Shown one piece after another: positions 41,226 through 50,433 of a DNA stretch of 53,291 nt (position 1 is its first letter; every line of letters starts with the position of its first letter). This DNA comes from Candidatus Giovannonibacteria bacterium RIFCSPHIGHO2_01_FULL_45_24 (GTDB lineage: Bacteria > Patescibacteriota > Minisyncoccia > UBA11713 > 2-01-FULL-45-33): NCBI GenBank assembly GCA_001778495.1, contig MFHE01000010.1:1-53291 (forward strand), read 5' to 3'. The notes under the pieces are model-generated. The model saw only the letters and a list, made by a program, of their open reading frames with translations. It had not been told where the DNA came from and ran no database searches. Made by a program: the position numbers and the translations under genes.

Positions 41226-42281
41226 CTAGTTAGAAAACATTTCCTCGCTAATCAGAGTTTCGGCTGGGATGTCTGACTTAGCCGTTTTGCCGATAATTTT
41301 ATTGAGATATTTTGGCAGCATGCCGGTTCCCGGGCGCTTGATGTCCAGATTTTCGCTGGTGAATTTTTCGCCCTTTTTAATGTCACGGGCGGCCACAATG
41401 CTTTTTCTCGCAACCGTCACGTATTGGCGCTCGGCCGGAAGAAGCTCTTTTGTGCCGCTGCCCATCATTAGCGGCACCTGCTTTACCATCGCAACCATTT
41501 CTTTAAATTCTTTTGGTTCAGTGGAGGCAATATGGTCAGGCCCATTCATTTTTCTATCCAAAGTAAAGTGCTTTTCTATCATGCAGGCGCCAAGGGCAAC
41601 TGCCGCAATGGCGGCTTGCGGCCCTACGGTATGGTCGGAATACCCCACAAGCGCGCCGAGTTCTTTCATCAAGGTCTGCATCGCGCTCAAGTTTACATTC
41701 TCCGGCGCAAGCGGATAATCGGTCGTGCAATGAAAAACCAATATCTGGTCGTTGCCTGCGCCTTTTATCGTCTCAACTGCTTCTTTTGTTTCCTCTAAAT
41801 TGGACATACCGGTTGATATAAGCATTGGTTTCCCGAACTTCGCCGCGTATTCCAAAAGCGGCAAATTGGTGAGGTCGCCCGAGCCGAATTTAAACGCGGG
41901 GACGTTGTAGGACTGAAGCAAGTCAACGGATTCCTTGCCGCCGTGCGGCGTGGAAATAAAAATTATATTTTTTTCTTTGGCCAGTTTAATCAGCGCCTGG
42001 TACCAGTCCTCTTTTAACTCCAATTTCCTCAACATCTCCAGCTGGCTTTCTTCGGCGCCAATGTTCTTTTTCTGATAATCAGCCATCTTGCCCGCTCCAG
42101 TCACAACCTGCTCGGCGCGGAAAGTCTGGAATTTCACCGCGTCCGCGCCCGCGTTTGACGCGGCGTCAATCAGCTTTATCGCCAAATCAAAATCGCCGCT
42201 GTGATTTACTCCGGCTTCGGCGATAACAAACGGCGGATTGCCGTAATTTACTTTATAGCCGCCGATAACCAGGTCTTTCAT
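41226..42281 (-). CDS. neuB: Nonulosonic acid synthase (NeuB/LegI/PseI family) with C-terminal SAF domain
   Basis: 351 aa. PPFVIAEAGVNHSGD, ADAVKFQTF, MISTGMS, HCTTDYP. Confidence 0.9.
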   Translation of the reverse strand: MKDLVIGGYKVNYGNPPFVIAEAGVNHSGDFDLAIKLIDAASNAGADAVKFQTFRAEQVVTGAGKMADYQKKNIGAEESQLEMLRKLELKEDWYQALIKLAKEKNIIFISTPHGGKESVDLLQSYNVPAFKFGSGDLTNLPLLEYAAKFGKPMLISTGMSNLEETKEAVETIKGAGNDQILVFHCTTDYPLAPENVNLSAMQTLMKELGALVGYSDHTVGPQAAIAAVALGACMIEKHFTLDRKMNGPDHIASTEPKEFKEMVAMVKQVPLMMGSGTKELLPAERQYVTVARKSIVAARDIKKGEKFTSENLDIKRPGTGMLPKYLNKIIGKTAKSDIPAETLISEEMFSN

Positions 42282-42283
42282 TT

Positions 42284-43426
42284 TTAGTAAGCGATTTGCT
42301 TAGTCAATAATTTCTGGTTAATTTCCAAATCCTCCAAAATCTTGGCGACTCGCTGGCCGGTTTTGCCGTCTCCCCAAGGGTTTTTTATTTTTTTAAACCC
42401 GGCAAGATACTTTTTATCGTACAAAGATTTTGCTATTGCTTTTTTGATTTCAGCGCGGCTGTAGCCAACATCTATAACATTGCCCCCGCGCTGGCGGCCC
42501 CGTTGTCGCGCGCCTATATTTACCACCGGCGTCTTAAAAGAAGATGACTCGATCATTGCGGCGCTTGAATTCCCAACCCAGACCGCAGCTTCCCGCTCCA
42601 GCGCCAGAAAATCTTTATGCCCCAAGCCTTTAAATATCCTGAATAGCGGATTTTTCCTTTCTTTCTCAATGACTTTAATAATTTCTCTGCCGCCGGGGTC
42701 GGCATTCGGGTAAATCGCCACAACGGACAACCCGAAAGATTTTACCGCGGCCAGAGTTTCTTTTATCTGCCTGCCAGCGTCATTAAACTCCTCGTTAACC
42801 GAGTACTGGGTTATCAAAATAATTTTTTCTTCAGGATTAAGCCCCAGCTTTTTAAAAAGTTCCGCGCGGGTCGGCAATTTCTCGTTTAAAATCACGTCCA
42901 GCGCCGGAGCGCCGACAATATGTGTTCTACATGGCTCCTCACCCATTTTTCTGATTCGCTCCGCTGATTCTTTTGTGGCCGCAAAATGTATATGCGCAAT
43001 TTTGGTAATAGCATGCCTCGCGACTTCGTCCACAGTTAAAGTTTTTTCTCCGCCGTGGATATGAGCTACTGGAACGCCGAGATAAAGCGCCGCGGCTGCC
43101 GTAAGCAGCATCTCAACCCTGTCTCCCAAAATCAAAACGATGTCGGGCATCCGTTTTTCAAAAATCGCCGCGATTTTCTTTAAAAAATCTCCGGCAAATC
43201 GTGCCATGCCAGTTCGGTCGTCTGAACTGAAAATCGCCGGAACGGCGAGCGCGGCCGGAAATTGTTTTTTGACTTCGTCAAAAGTCCTGCCGAATCTCGG
43301 CATCAAATGCATGCCGGTTGCGTAGAGCTCCAGCTTCAATTTTCTGCTTTTTTGAATGGCGCGCAAAACCGGCGTCATCAGCCCGAAGTCCGCCCGCGTC
43401 CCGGAAACATAGGCGATTTTTCTCAT
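42284..43426 (-). CDS. neuC: Hydrolysing UDP-N-acetylhexosamine 2-epimerase (NeuC/LegG family)
   Basis: 380 aa. MRKIAYVSGTRADFGLM, VLILGDRVE, AHIHGGE. Confidence 0.88.
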   Translation of the reverse strand: MRKIAYVSGTRADFGLMTPVLRAIQKSRKLKLELYATGMHLMPRFGRTFDEVKKQFPAALAVPAIFSSDDRTGMARFAGDFLKKIAAIFEKRMPDIVLILGDRVEMLLTAAAALYLGVPVAHIHGGEKTLTVDEVARHAITKIAHIHFAATKESAERIRKMGEEPCRTHIVGAPALDVILNEKLPTRAELFKKLGLNPEEKIILITQYSVNEEFNDAGRQIKETLAAVKSFGLSVVAIYPNADPGGREIIKVIEKERKNPLFRIFKGLGHKDFLALEREAAVWVGNSSAAMIESSSFKTPVVNIGARQRGRQRGGNVIDVGYSRAEIKKAIAKSLYDKKYLAGFKKIKNPWGDGKTGQRVAKILEDLEINQKLLTKQIAY

Positions 43427-43485
43427 TAATATTTAAACGAACGGCGCTTGCATTAAGTTTTCTGTGCATTTATAATAATTGAGAA

Positions 43486-44280
43486 ATGAAAATAACCGTA
43501 TTCACAAGCAATCAAGCGCGCCACATCTCCTTAATAGAAGATTTGGCGAAAATTGCCGACGAGGTTTACGCAGTAATAGAGTCCTTTACCGTTTTCACAG
43601 GCGAGGTAGCCGATTTTTATAATAAAACGGAAATAATGCAAAAATATTTTAGGAGTGCGGTTATTGAACCGGAAAGGCAAATTTTCGACGCGCCAAGGTT
43701 TTTACCAAAAAATGTGCGGGCGATGGTTCTCAAAGCCAGTGATTTAAGTTTATTGCCAATGGAGTTTTTGAAAGATGCACTGTATTCGGACAGATATATT
43801 GTCTTTGGATCAAGCTACATAAAAGGTCCGCTGGTTGAGTTTTTAGTCAAAAACAGAACGTACAATATACACATTGGAACCTCGCCTTATTACCGAGGAA
43901 ACTCCTGCAATTTTTGGGCTGCATATCATGGAAACTTTGATTACGTTGGCGCAACAATTCATCTTTTAAGCCGTGGCTTAGACTCGGGGGATATGCTTTT
44001 TCACGCATTCCCGGAGCAGATCGGCGATCCTCTTTTGCTCGGCATGAAAGCGGTAAAAGCCGCCCACAAAGGTTTAATTGAAAACATCAAAAACGGCAAG
44101 ATTGATAAAATGACACCCGTGCCGCAGGATAAATCTTCGCAGATAAAATATTCAAGAGGCGCGGATTTCACCGATGAGGTGGCGCGGGACTATCTGGAGA
44201 ATTTGCCCGCGCCAGAAACGGTTTTGGAAAAATTAAAAAACCGCGACCTCTCCAAATTTTTAAATCCGTATATTGGATAA
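43486..44280 (+). CDS. Formyltransferase-family protein (PurN/Fmt N-terminal-domain type)
   Basis: 264 aa. YNIHIGTSPYYRGNS (N-x-H...RG) and LDSGDMLF (Asp). Confidence 0.6.
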   Translation: MKITVFTSNQARHISLIEDLAKIADEVYAVIESFTVFTGEVADFYNKTEIMQKYFRSAVIEPERQIFDAPRFLPKNVRAMVLKASDLSLLPMEFLKDALYSDRYIVFGSSYIKGPLVEFLVKNRTYNIHIGTSPYYRGNSCNFWAAYHGNFDYVGATIHLLSRGLDSGDMLFHAFPEQIGDPLLLGMKAVKAAHKGLIENIKNGKIDKMTPVPQDKSSQIKYSRGADFTDEVARDYLENLPAPETVLEKLKNRDLSKFLNPYIG

Positions 44281-44284
44281 AAAT

Positions 44285-44308
44285 AGCGCAGTAATGAGTT
44301 ACTGCGCT
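44285..44308. terminator. Perfect 10-bp hairpin between convergent genes
   Basis: agcgcagtaa-tgag-ttactgcgct. No clear U-run. Confidence 0.5.
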
Positions 44309-44493
44309 TGCACTAAGGCCATATCTAAAATATTTTTTGCCGAATTAAAATCCGGAGCAAGACGCGGCTTGGCCTGCGACCGCGTCACAAAATCGGCTAA
44401 AATATCCCCCAAACTCACCGGCGTATCGGCTATGGTAAAAGGGAGCGCGCCGGATTTGAAAATTAAATTCTTTGAAACGCTGGCGCTCCCAAA

Positions 44494-45438
44494 TCACATT
44501 TCCATCATCTTTACAATATTGGCGTGGTCTTCTCTAGCCATTTCAAAAGCGTTGGCGTTAATCGCCCCCATTTTTGTTTTTGGAAACATATTTGAACGAA
44601 AACCGCAAATAACCCCGAGCTTTCTCAAAATCTTCAACGTGTTCTTATTATAAGAATTCACCGGATGCGCTACGGCAGCCGGGTTTTGGCCGGTGGCTCG
44701 TTTTATATGCGAGTAATTTTTTTTATACTCGTCAAATTGCTCTTTAAAAGACAAATCCGCAAGCGACGTTGGATGAGAATAAGAATGCAGCCCTATAACG
44801 TGTCCGCTGTCGTTAAGATATTTTAAATCTTTATTGGACATCCATAAGCTCTTTGACATCTCTTTTTTATTCAGACCACGGTCCTTTAAAATGGCATCCA
44901 TTATTTTTTCATAATTATCTTTCCTTAAGACCTTATCGCGCAAAAAACGGAATCGGACATCGTTTGCGGAATAAAACGGGAAGTCTGCCAGCATTTTCTT
45001 CTCAACTTCCGGGTCTGCCTCCGTGGCAATTCCGAATTCAGAAACTTTTTTAAAAAATAATTGATAAAAATCATCTATGTTATCAAAATATTTTACCCGG
45101 AAAAATCTATAGAGCTCCAAATTCTCCAGTCTTCCTTCAAAAACGCCGGAGTAGACAAACCAGAAAGCTTTAAGGCCGTATTTCTCCAGCACAGGCAAAG
45201 CGATCTCTGTTTGGCATAAAAGCGCGTCGTCGAAAGTCAGGCAAACATCCCCGTTCTTTAATTTATTTTCTTTCAACCTTTTTAACCACTCGAGCGGCGG
45301 CAAAATTCTTTCGAGACCGATGTAATGCAATAGATCATTGAGGTCGTCGGCGGAAATGGCGCCTTGCCCCCATGGATGCGCTTCATTGTAAAAGTGATGG
45401 AACATAATTCCATGCGGAATTTTTTTTGGATACGCCAT
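44494..45438 (-). CDS. Polysaccharide deacetylase (NodB-homology) family protein
   Basis: Track ORF trimmed to MAYPKKIP (ATG at 45438). CLTFDDAL and GLHSYSHP motifs present. Confidence 0.8.
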   Translation of the reverse strand: MAYPKKIPHGIMFHHFYNEAHPWGQGAISADDLNDLLHYIGLERILPPLEWLKRLKENKLKNGDVCLTFDDALLCQTEIALPVLEKYGLKAFWFVYSGVFEGRLENLELYRFFRVKYFDNIDDFYQLFFKKVSEFGIATEADPEVEKKMLADFPFYSANDVRFRFLRDKVLRKDNYEKIMDAILKDRGLNKKEMSKSLWMSNKDLKYLNDSGHVIGLHSYSHPTSLADLSFKEQFDEYKKNYSHIKRATGQNPAAVAHPVNSYNKNTLKILRKLGVICGFRSNMFPKTKMGAINANAFEMAREDHANIVKMMEM

Positions 45439-45443
45439 AGATT

Positions 45444-46577
45444 TTAACCAAAATAGCTTTCCAGCTTGCTTTCTCTGACCGTGTCCAGTGTGCTGCAATG
45501 GATGCCGCCCATGTAATAAGAATGCCTGAATCGAATAGGGACCGGGGTAATTTTATGTTTTTTTAAAAGATTAATTAAAGGAACCTGCCACTCATCAACA
45601 ATTACCGTATTCAGATCCACCGAAAGTATGTTCATGCCAATCCAATCCGATGCCATAGAATCAAGACTAGATTGAATGCCCAGAGACGCAAGCTCTTTGT
45701 GAACCTTTTTGCGAACGTCTTTGTGAAATTTTACGGTTGATTCCGGCGCAGGAACAATATCCGTGAAATAAATTTTCTCCCATGAATTTAAAACCGAGGG
45801 ACAAGTCTCCGGCGACACCCTTGTTGCATTAAGCAAAACCAGCCCAGGGCGAAGAGCCAAAACGGTTGAGTCAATATGGCTTGAGCGGTAAATTTTTTCA
45901 GTCGTATGAACCCGATATTCATTGCCCAGAACGCTTTGAAGCCATTTTGCGCCGAGATTATTGCCGGATCTGGATACAAGATAAAGCAAATCTTTGCCCA
46001 TTCTCACTGTATTGGCGGCCTCAAAAAGGATTTCGTCTTCGGTTAATTTTATAAATTTCTGCCCGTCTTCATACTCATTTTTTTCGCCATCATAGTAAAT
46101 AATCATGTGATTACCGGCAAGTCTCGGCTTCGGCCCGGCAATCCAGCGAAACCCTTCTTTGAAATATTCATACCAAATATCATACAGACCAAAAGCCTCA
46201 AAATATCTGTGCTTTTCTTGAGACGGCGACTCAATAACGGTATTTCCGACCACAAGATGAAGATCTCTCATATTGTAACAATAGTCGCCCGCAGCCCGGA
46301 AATAAGGCGTGGCAAAAAAACTGTTTACATGCGATGTTTCCGGCCGATATACTTTTATACCAAATGATTTGAGCGTGTTGCTCAACCCCTCTAAATCTTC
46401 ATTTATTTCATCAATCAACCATTTAGGCGACGCTTCGCGCGCCAAGCGGTTTGCTTTTTTCAAGAGATCCTCCGAAATCTGTCCGGGCGCCGTAAACAAA
46501 AGCGGCGCTTGTCCCTCCCCGCGGCCCACAACAATTTCCCGAAGCTTGTCCCATTCATTATGGCTGTTAATTTTCAT
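45444..46577 (-). CDS. Amidinotransferase-family protein (glycine/inosamine amidinotransferase-like)
   Basis: Track ORF trimmed to MKINSHNEWDKLREIVVG (ATG at 46577). SSHIDST and C-terminal GGIHCSTLD catalytic-Cys motif present. Confidence 0.75.
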   Translation of the reverse strand: MKINSHNEWDKLREIVVGRGEGQAPLLFTAPGQISEDLLKKANRLAREASPKWLIDEINEDLEGLSNTLKSFGIKVYRPETSHVNSFFATPYFRAAGDYCYNMRDLHLVVGNTVIESPSQEKHRYFEAFGLYDIWYEYFKEGFRWIAGPKPRLAGNHMIIYYDGEKNEYEDGQKFIKLTEDEILFEAANTVRMGKDLLYLVSRSGNNLGAKWLQSVLGNEYRVHTTEKIYRSSHIDSTVLALRPGLVLLNATRVSPETCPSVLNSWEKIYFTDIVPAPESTVKFHKDVRKKVHKELASLGIQSSLDSMASDWIGMNILSVDLNTVIVDEWQVPLINLLKKHKITPVPIRFRHSYYMGGIHCSTLDTVRESKLESYFG

Positions 46578-46585
46578 ATTATTTT

Positions 46586-47818
46586 TTAACGATTCTCTAT
46601 TGGTTTGTAAGCGATGAAATCCGCGTGGCGCACGCCGCAAGCGCCCTTAAAAAGAACTTCTGTTTTTTCGATAAACTTGCGCAGTTTCTTCAAGTCAGAT
46701 GTATAAACCAAGCTAACAAATTCGTCGGCTTCCCCAAGAGCTCGCAGGAGTTTCTCGCGAAGGGGCTGGAGAAAATTCAGCGCGTCGGACGACTTTGCCA
46801 ACGCGCGCGATAATTCTTGAAAACGGCCGGCATCGAGCTTGGTATTTTTATTGAAGTTCGCCACATATGATGTAATGTTTGCAAGCGCCGCCGCAAGCGG
46901 ATTCAGCCCGCTCATGAATTTGGGGAAGGCCTTGCTATCCGATTCTGTCTGCAACATCCATACCAATTCAGTAAGCGCGCCAAGATTAGCCAGATTAGAT
47001 ACCGATGCCGCATCAAACTTTGGCTGGTGATGCTGCGAATCCCCGCGAAGCGGCACGGCAAATAGAGGATATGACGAATACAAGCGCAAACCGCCACTCT
47101 TCATCCAACCCACAACTTCCGCAACCGAAGAGTCGTCCTGGGATTGAATCACCCATCTGTCAAAAATGATGGCGCGGCGCGTGCGAGGAATAAACTTCTC
47201 ACTGCGGTCAATGTCTTCTTTAAAAAGAAATTCGCAAACTTTCACCATTTCGTCTGGTGTTGAAGCAAAATGATAGACGGCGAAACGCTGCAGCATGTTC
47301 TGGAATCCCCCAGCTTTATTCGGGTCTCCGAAAATCAAAAATCCGCCCGGTTTGACCATCCTCGCGATTTTTTGGAAAGCAGCTTCCTTTGCCGCGGTAT
47401 GCGAGAGAACAGCCCTGCAATGAACAATGTCGTACAGCTTGCCGCTCTCCGGGCTATAATCAAAGATTGATGAACAAATAAAAGTGTGGTCGTCAAAATT
47501 CCGCGCGTATTTTTTAAACACCTCTTTTGAGATGCTCTGCGCTTTGGGATTCATTTCAACAAGCGTGCATTTGGCGCCCCAGCTTGCAAGATACACGGTA
47601 TTTTCCCCCGTTCCCGCCCCGAAGTCTATGAGTTCCGCGCCGCGAAACATTTGCGGAGGGAATTTGAACAGCTCTCTGTAAACAAATTCGGCGTTCCTTA
47701 CATAATCCCTATACGCGGCTTTATTTTTGTGGGAAAAGTATTGCGAAGGAATTTCTTCCTGAAAAGTCTTGAGGGTCTCGCTTTCTGTTTTCTTAATCTT
47801 GCCTTTATTGAGAATCAT
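46586..47818 (-). CDS. Class I SAM-dependent methyltransferase with a long C-terminal helical extension
   Basis: LIDFGAGTGENT motif I. Confidence 0.75.
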   Translation of the reverse strand: MILNKGKIKKTESETLKTFQEEIPSQYFSHKNKAAYRDYVRNAEFVYRELFKFPPQMFRGAELIDFGAGTGENTVYLASWGAKCTLVEMNPKAQSISKEVFKKYARNFDDHTFICSSIFDYSPESGKLYDIVHCRAVLSHTAAKEAAFQKIARMVKPGGFLIFGDPNKAGGFQNMLQRFAVYHFASTPDEMVKVCEFLFKEDIDRSEKFIPRTRRAIIFDRWVIQSQDDSSVAEVVGWMKSGGLRLYSSYPLFAVPLRGDSQHHQPKFDAASVSNLANLGALTELVWMLQTESDSKAFPKFMSGLNPLAAALANITSYVANFNKNTKLDAGRFQELSRALAKSSDALNFLQPLREKLLRALGEADEFVSLVYTSDLKKLRKFIEKTEVLFKGACGVRHADFIAYKPIENR

Positions 47819-48555
47819 TTTTGGCCGGGAGTAATCTCTAAAAAGTAGAACTGGTGGAGTATTTGCGTTCCGTTGATGATGGCGCGTTCGCCGTTTTCAA
47901 GCTTAAAAGTCCATGATCGCAGGGGGTCGTCCTTATGCCGCGGAATATCGATTCCTATAACGAAGCGATGAAAGGCGCCCTTCGCGCCTCGTTTGCGCAA
48001 ATGTTCAAGTACTGTTTTCTGCGAAAACACATTCCATCCGCGCTGATAGCGCGAACCGGGCTTTGCATAACGCACGCGCATAACCACATCAACATCCTCG
48101 GGATTGAAAAGCCCATCGACAAATATATGGCCATTGGGTTTTACCAATCGAAGTAAATTATCTAACCAAGAGCCAACATCATCAAATATGCTATGCACAG
48201 CCAGAAGAAATACCGCGTCAAATTTACTTTTTGGCAGTCCTTTCCCCGTATAAATATCGCCGCGTATATAACTTGCCTGCAGCACCTCGCGTTTTGCCAG
48301 TTTCAAAAGCGCGGGCACAACATCCAATCCGGTAAGCGAGGCATTTGGATAGAGCGCGCGCAGATAGTGGAGAAAGTCGCCGGACGCGCAGCCGACATCC
48401 AATATTTCGGGGCGCGTAAGTGTCCGCAAATGACGATCCGCAATCCGCATTATTGACTTAAACTTCTCCTTAACTTTAAGCTTGCGATTTTCGCTTAAAT
48501 ATAATTTATCGTGCTCTCGAACAACTTTTTTAGTAAACGGGTTTCGCGTACTCAT
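47815..48555 (-). CDS. Class I SAM-dependent methyltransferase
   Basis: ILDVGCASGDF motif I. ATGA-type overlap with the downstream gene. Confidence 0.8.
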   Translation of the reverse strand: MSTRNPFTKKVVREHDKLYLSENRKLKVKEKFKSIMRIADRHLRTLTRPEILDVGCASGDFLHYLRALYPNASLTGLDVVPALLKLAKREVLQASYIRGDIYTGKGLPKSKFDAVFLLAVHSIFDDVGSWLDNLLRLVKPNGHIFVDGLFNPEDVDVVMRVRYAKPGSRYQRGWNVFSQKTVLEHLRKRGAKGAFHRFVIGIDIPRHKDDPLRSWTFKLENGERAIINGTQILHQFYFLEITPGQK

Positions 48556-48557
48556 AT

Positions 48558-49550
48558 TTATTTCTCAAGTTTATATAGAGCCCGTAAATTTTGCAAGTCT
48601 TCTTTAAAGGTGTAGGGATACGGCGCGCGGCCGTAAATTGCGTCAACAAACGCTTTTATTTCATCGTTATACATCTCCTCGGCGGCTAAATAGCCGGTCT
48701 CCGGATTTCCTTTCGGAACCTCAATGGTCTCCGTCTGCTTTGTTTTTGCGTCATAAATTTTAATCCAATTTTCCAGCCACTCCCACTCCAATACACCATC
48801 GCTTCCTAAAATACGCAGCGTCCGGAAGGGCTTGCGCGAAATTATATCAATCAAGAGACTGCCTAAAATTTTATTTTGATATTTTAAGTAAGCCCAAGTA
48901 ATATCTTTGGCGCCAATCTCTAACTCCAGGTCTGAAATTTTATCCGTAAAACCGAAAACGACGTCGGCCTGACGCCCGAAAAGCCAATTCAGCCAGCTAA
49001 GTTCAAATAAAAACATTGTGCGGAAAGCGCCGGTTTCTTTTTTGGCGAAATAAATTTGGCGATAGTCCTCCCACGAGTGCCATTCCGGCAGATATTGGCC
49101 TGCATGATGATGAAAAGCCAAAACTTTTCCAATACGCCCATCTCCAATATATTTTTTCATCATTTTAATCGGCAGAAAAAAACGAAACGAGCAGGACGGC
49201 GCCATTACGATGCCTAAATTTTTATCCGCCAGCCGGCGGATTTCTTCATAACCGTCGTCTGTCGTCGCGAGCTCAACAAAAAAATGTTTTTTATTGGCAA
49301 GCGCCCAGCGGATATAATCGCCGTGCTTGTCTGGGGGCGTGGAGATGCTCACAGCGTCAATATCTTCCGCGCCAAGTGCATCTAAATTATCAATCGTTCG
49401 TATATTGTATTTTTCTTCGGCCTCGTGTCTGCGTTCAGCGGAAAAGTCCATGCCAATGACATTATTTTCGCCGCAAGCCGCCAAATTACGGATTCGGCGC
49501 TTGCCCATTGACCCCAAGCCGATTTGCAAAAATTTAAGTTTATCCGCCAT
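48558..49550 (-). CDS. Gfo/Idh/MocA-family NAD(P)-dependent oxidoreductase
   Basis: LKFLQIGLGSMGKRR Rossmann N-terminus. Confidence 0.8.
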   Translation of the reverse strand: MADKLKFLQIGLGSMGKRRIRNLAACGENNVIGMDFSAERRHEAEEKYNIRTIDNLDALGAEDIDAVSISTPPDKHGDYIRWALANKKHFFVELATTDDGYEEIRRLADKNLGIVMAPSCSFRFFLPIKMMKKYIGDGRIGKVLAFHHHAGQYLPEWHSWEDYRQIYFAKKETGAFRTMFLFELSWLNWLFGRQADVVFGFTDKISDLELEIGAKDITWAYLKYQNKILGSLLIDIISRKPFRTLRILGSDGVLEWEWLENWIKIYDAKTKQTETIEVPKGNPETGYLAAEEMYNDEIKAFVDAIYGRAPYPYTFKEDLQNLRALYKLEK

Positions 49551-50433
49551 ATTTTTTCAAATACTCTATATTTCTAACATCCCGAACGGCTTCATCCCAA
49601 TTAGAAAAATACTTGCCGCTTCTTATTAAACCGACGAAAAAATTAATTTCTCTGTGATACATCCTGCCGCGGTCTTCGGCGTCTGAAGAATCCCAGATTA
49701 AACTGCCTTCAGAACCCATGATTTCCAGAAACCTTCTGCTGGGAATTCTTAAATAATCTTGGTGCACGGATACAATGGCTCCGGTTTTTTTGCCGACAAA
49801 AATGCTTTCAGCAAAGTCTTCTGTATCTATTTTAAGATTAGATAGTTTTCTGACATACGATCGCTGCGGCATCAAAGCATCATCCAAAAGCCAAGCCGGA
49901 TAATTAATATCGTGCACCAAATCCAGCAAGACCCCTCCGCCCATCTTATTTTTGGCGGAATAAATTTTTCTATAATCTCGCCCCGGGCGCCACTCTCGTA
50001 AATCTTGGCCAACGGAAACGCGCATATAGTAGATTCTGCCGAATTTGCCGCTTTTTATATTTTTTTTAATTTTAATAAATGGGGCAAAAAAATGAAAATT
50101 GTATCCAACCCAAACGCTGATTTTTTTTCGTTTTAACGTTCTGCCAAGCGCTATTAAGCCACGAGAACTGTGGGCCAGCGGCTTTTCTACAAAAATAACT
50201 TTCGGTCTTAACGCAATACATTTTTTGATCGTTGCCGCATGCTTATACGTTTCATTCGCGACAACGATGCCTTCATAAGGACCGCCGTTGGCAAAATCGC
50301 GCCAATGTTTAACTTGGCGCGACAAATCAACGTCGTCTCTTTTAGAAAACACTACGACATTTTTTTTATATTTATTCAAATTTTTATAATGTCTTTGGCC
50401 TATTGAGCCAAAGCCGATTATGCCAATTTTCAT
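49540..50433 (-). CDS. Gfo/Idh/MocA-family oxidoreductase
   Basis: MKIGIIGFGSIGQRH, and ...VFVEKPLA. Confidence 0.8.
   Translation of the reverse strand: MKIGIIGFGSIGQRHYKNLNKYKKNVVVFSKRDDVDLSRQVKHWRDFANGGPYEGIVVANETYKHAATIKKCIALRPKVIFVEKPLAHSSRGLIALGRTLKRKKISVWVGYNFHFFAPFIKIKKNIKSGKFGRIYYMRVSVGQDLREWRPGRDYRKIYSAKNKMGGGVLLDLVHDINYPAWLLDDALMPQRSYVRKLSNLKIDTEDFAESIFVGKKTGAIVSVHQDYLRIPSRRFLEIMGSEGSLIWDSSDAEDRGRMYHREINFFVGLIRSGKYFSNWDEAVRDVRNIEYLKKYGG

Noticed and set aside
44494-44496. UGA recoding (genetic code 25, as in some CPR lineages) as an explanation for the open frame after the deacetylase stop
   Set aside because: TGA clearly terminates other genes here, including ATGA stop/start overlaps at 12070-12073, 15469-15472 and 19957-19960. 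Proteins in the track are full-length under the standard code.
44273-44653. 126-aa plus-strand ORF spanning the convergent gene ends
   Set aside because: It overlaps the 3' end of the deacetylase gene antisense. It has no SD and a low-complexity, non-protein-like sequence.
49372-49382. 11-mer ccaagtgcatc identical to the right end of the transposase hairpin, inside the Gfo/Idh/MocA gene
   Set aside because: There is no partner arm and no palindrome. It encodes an ordinary ...DALGAED... segment. I treat it as coincidence unless a genome-wide scan says otherwise.
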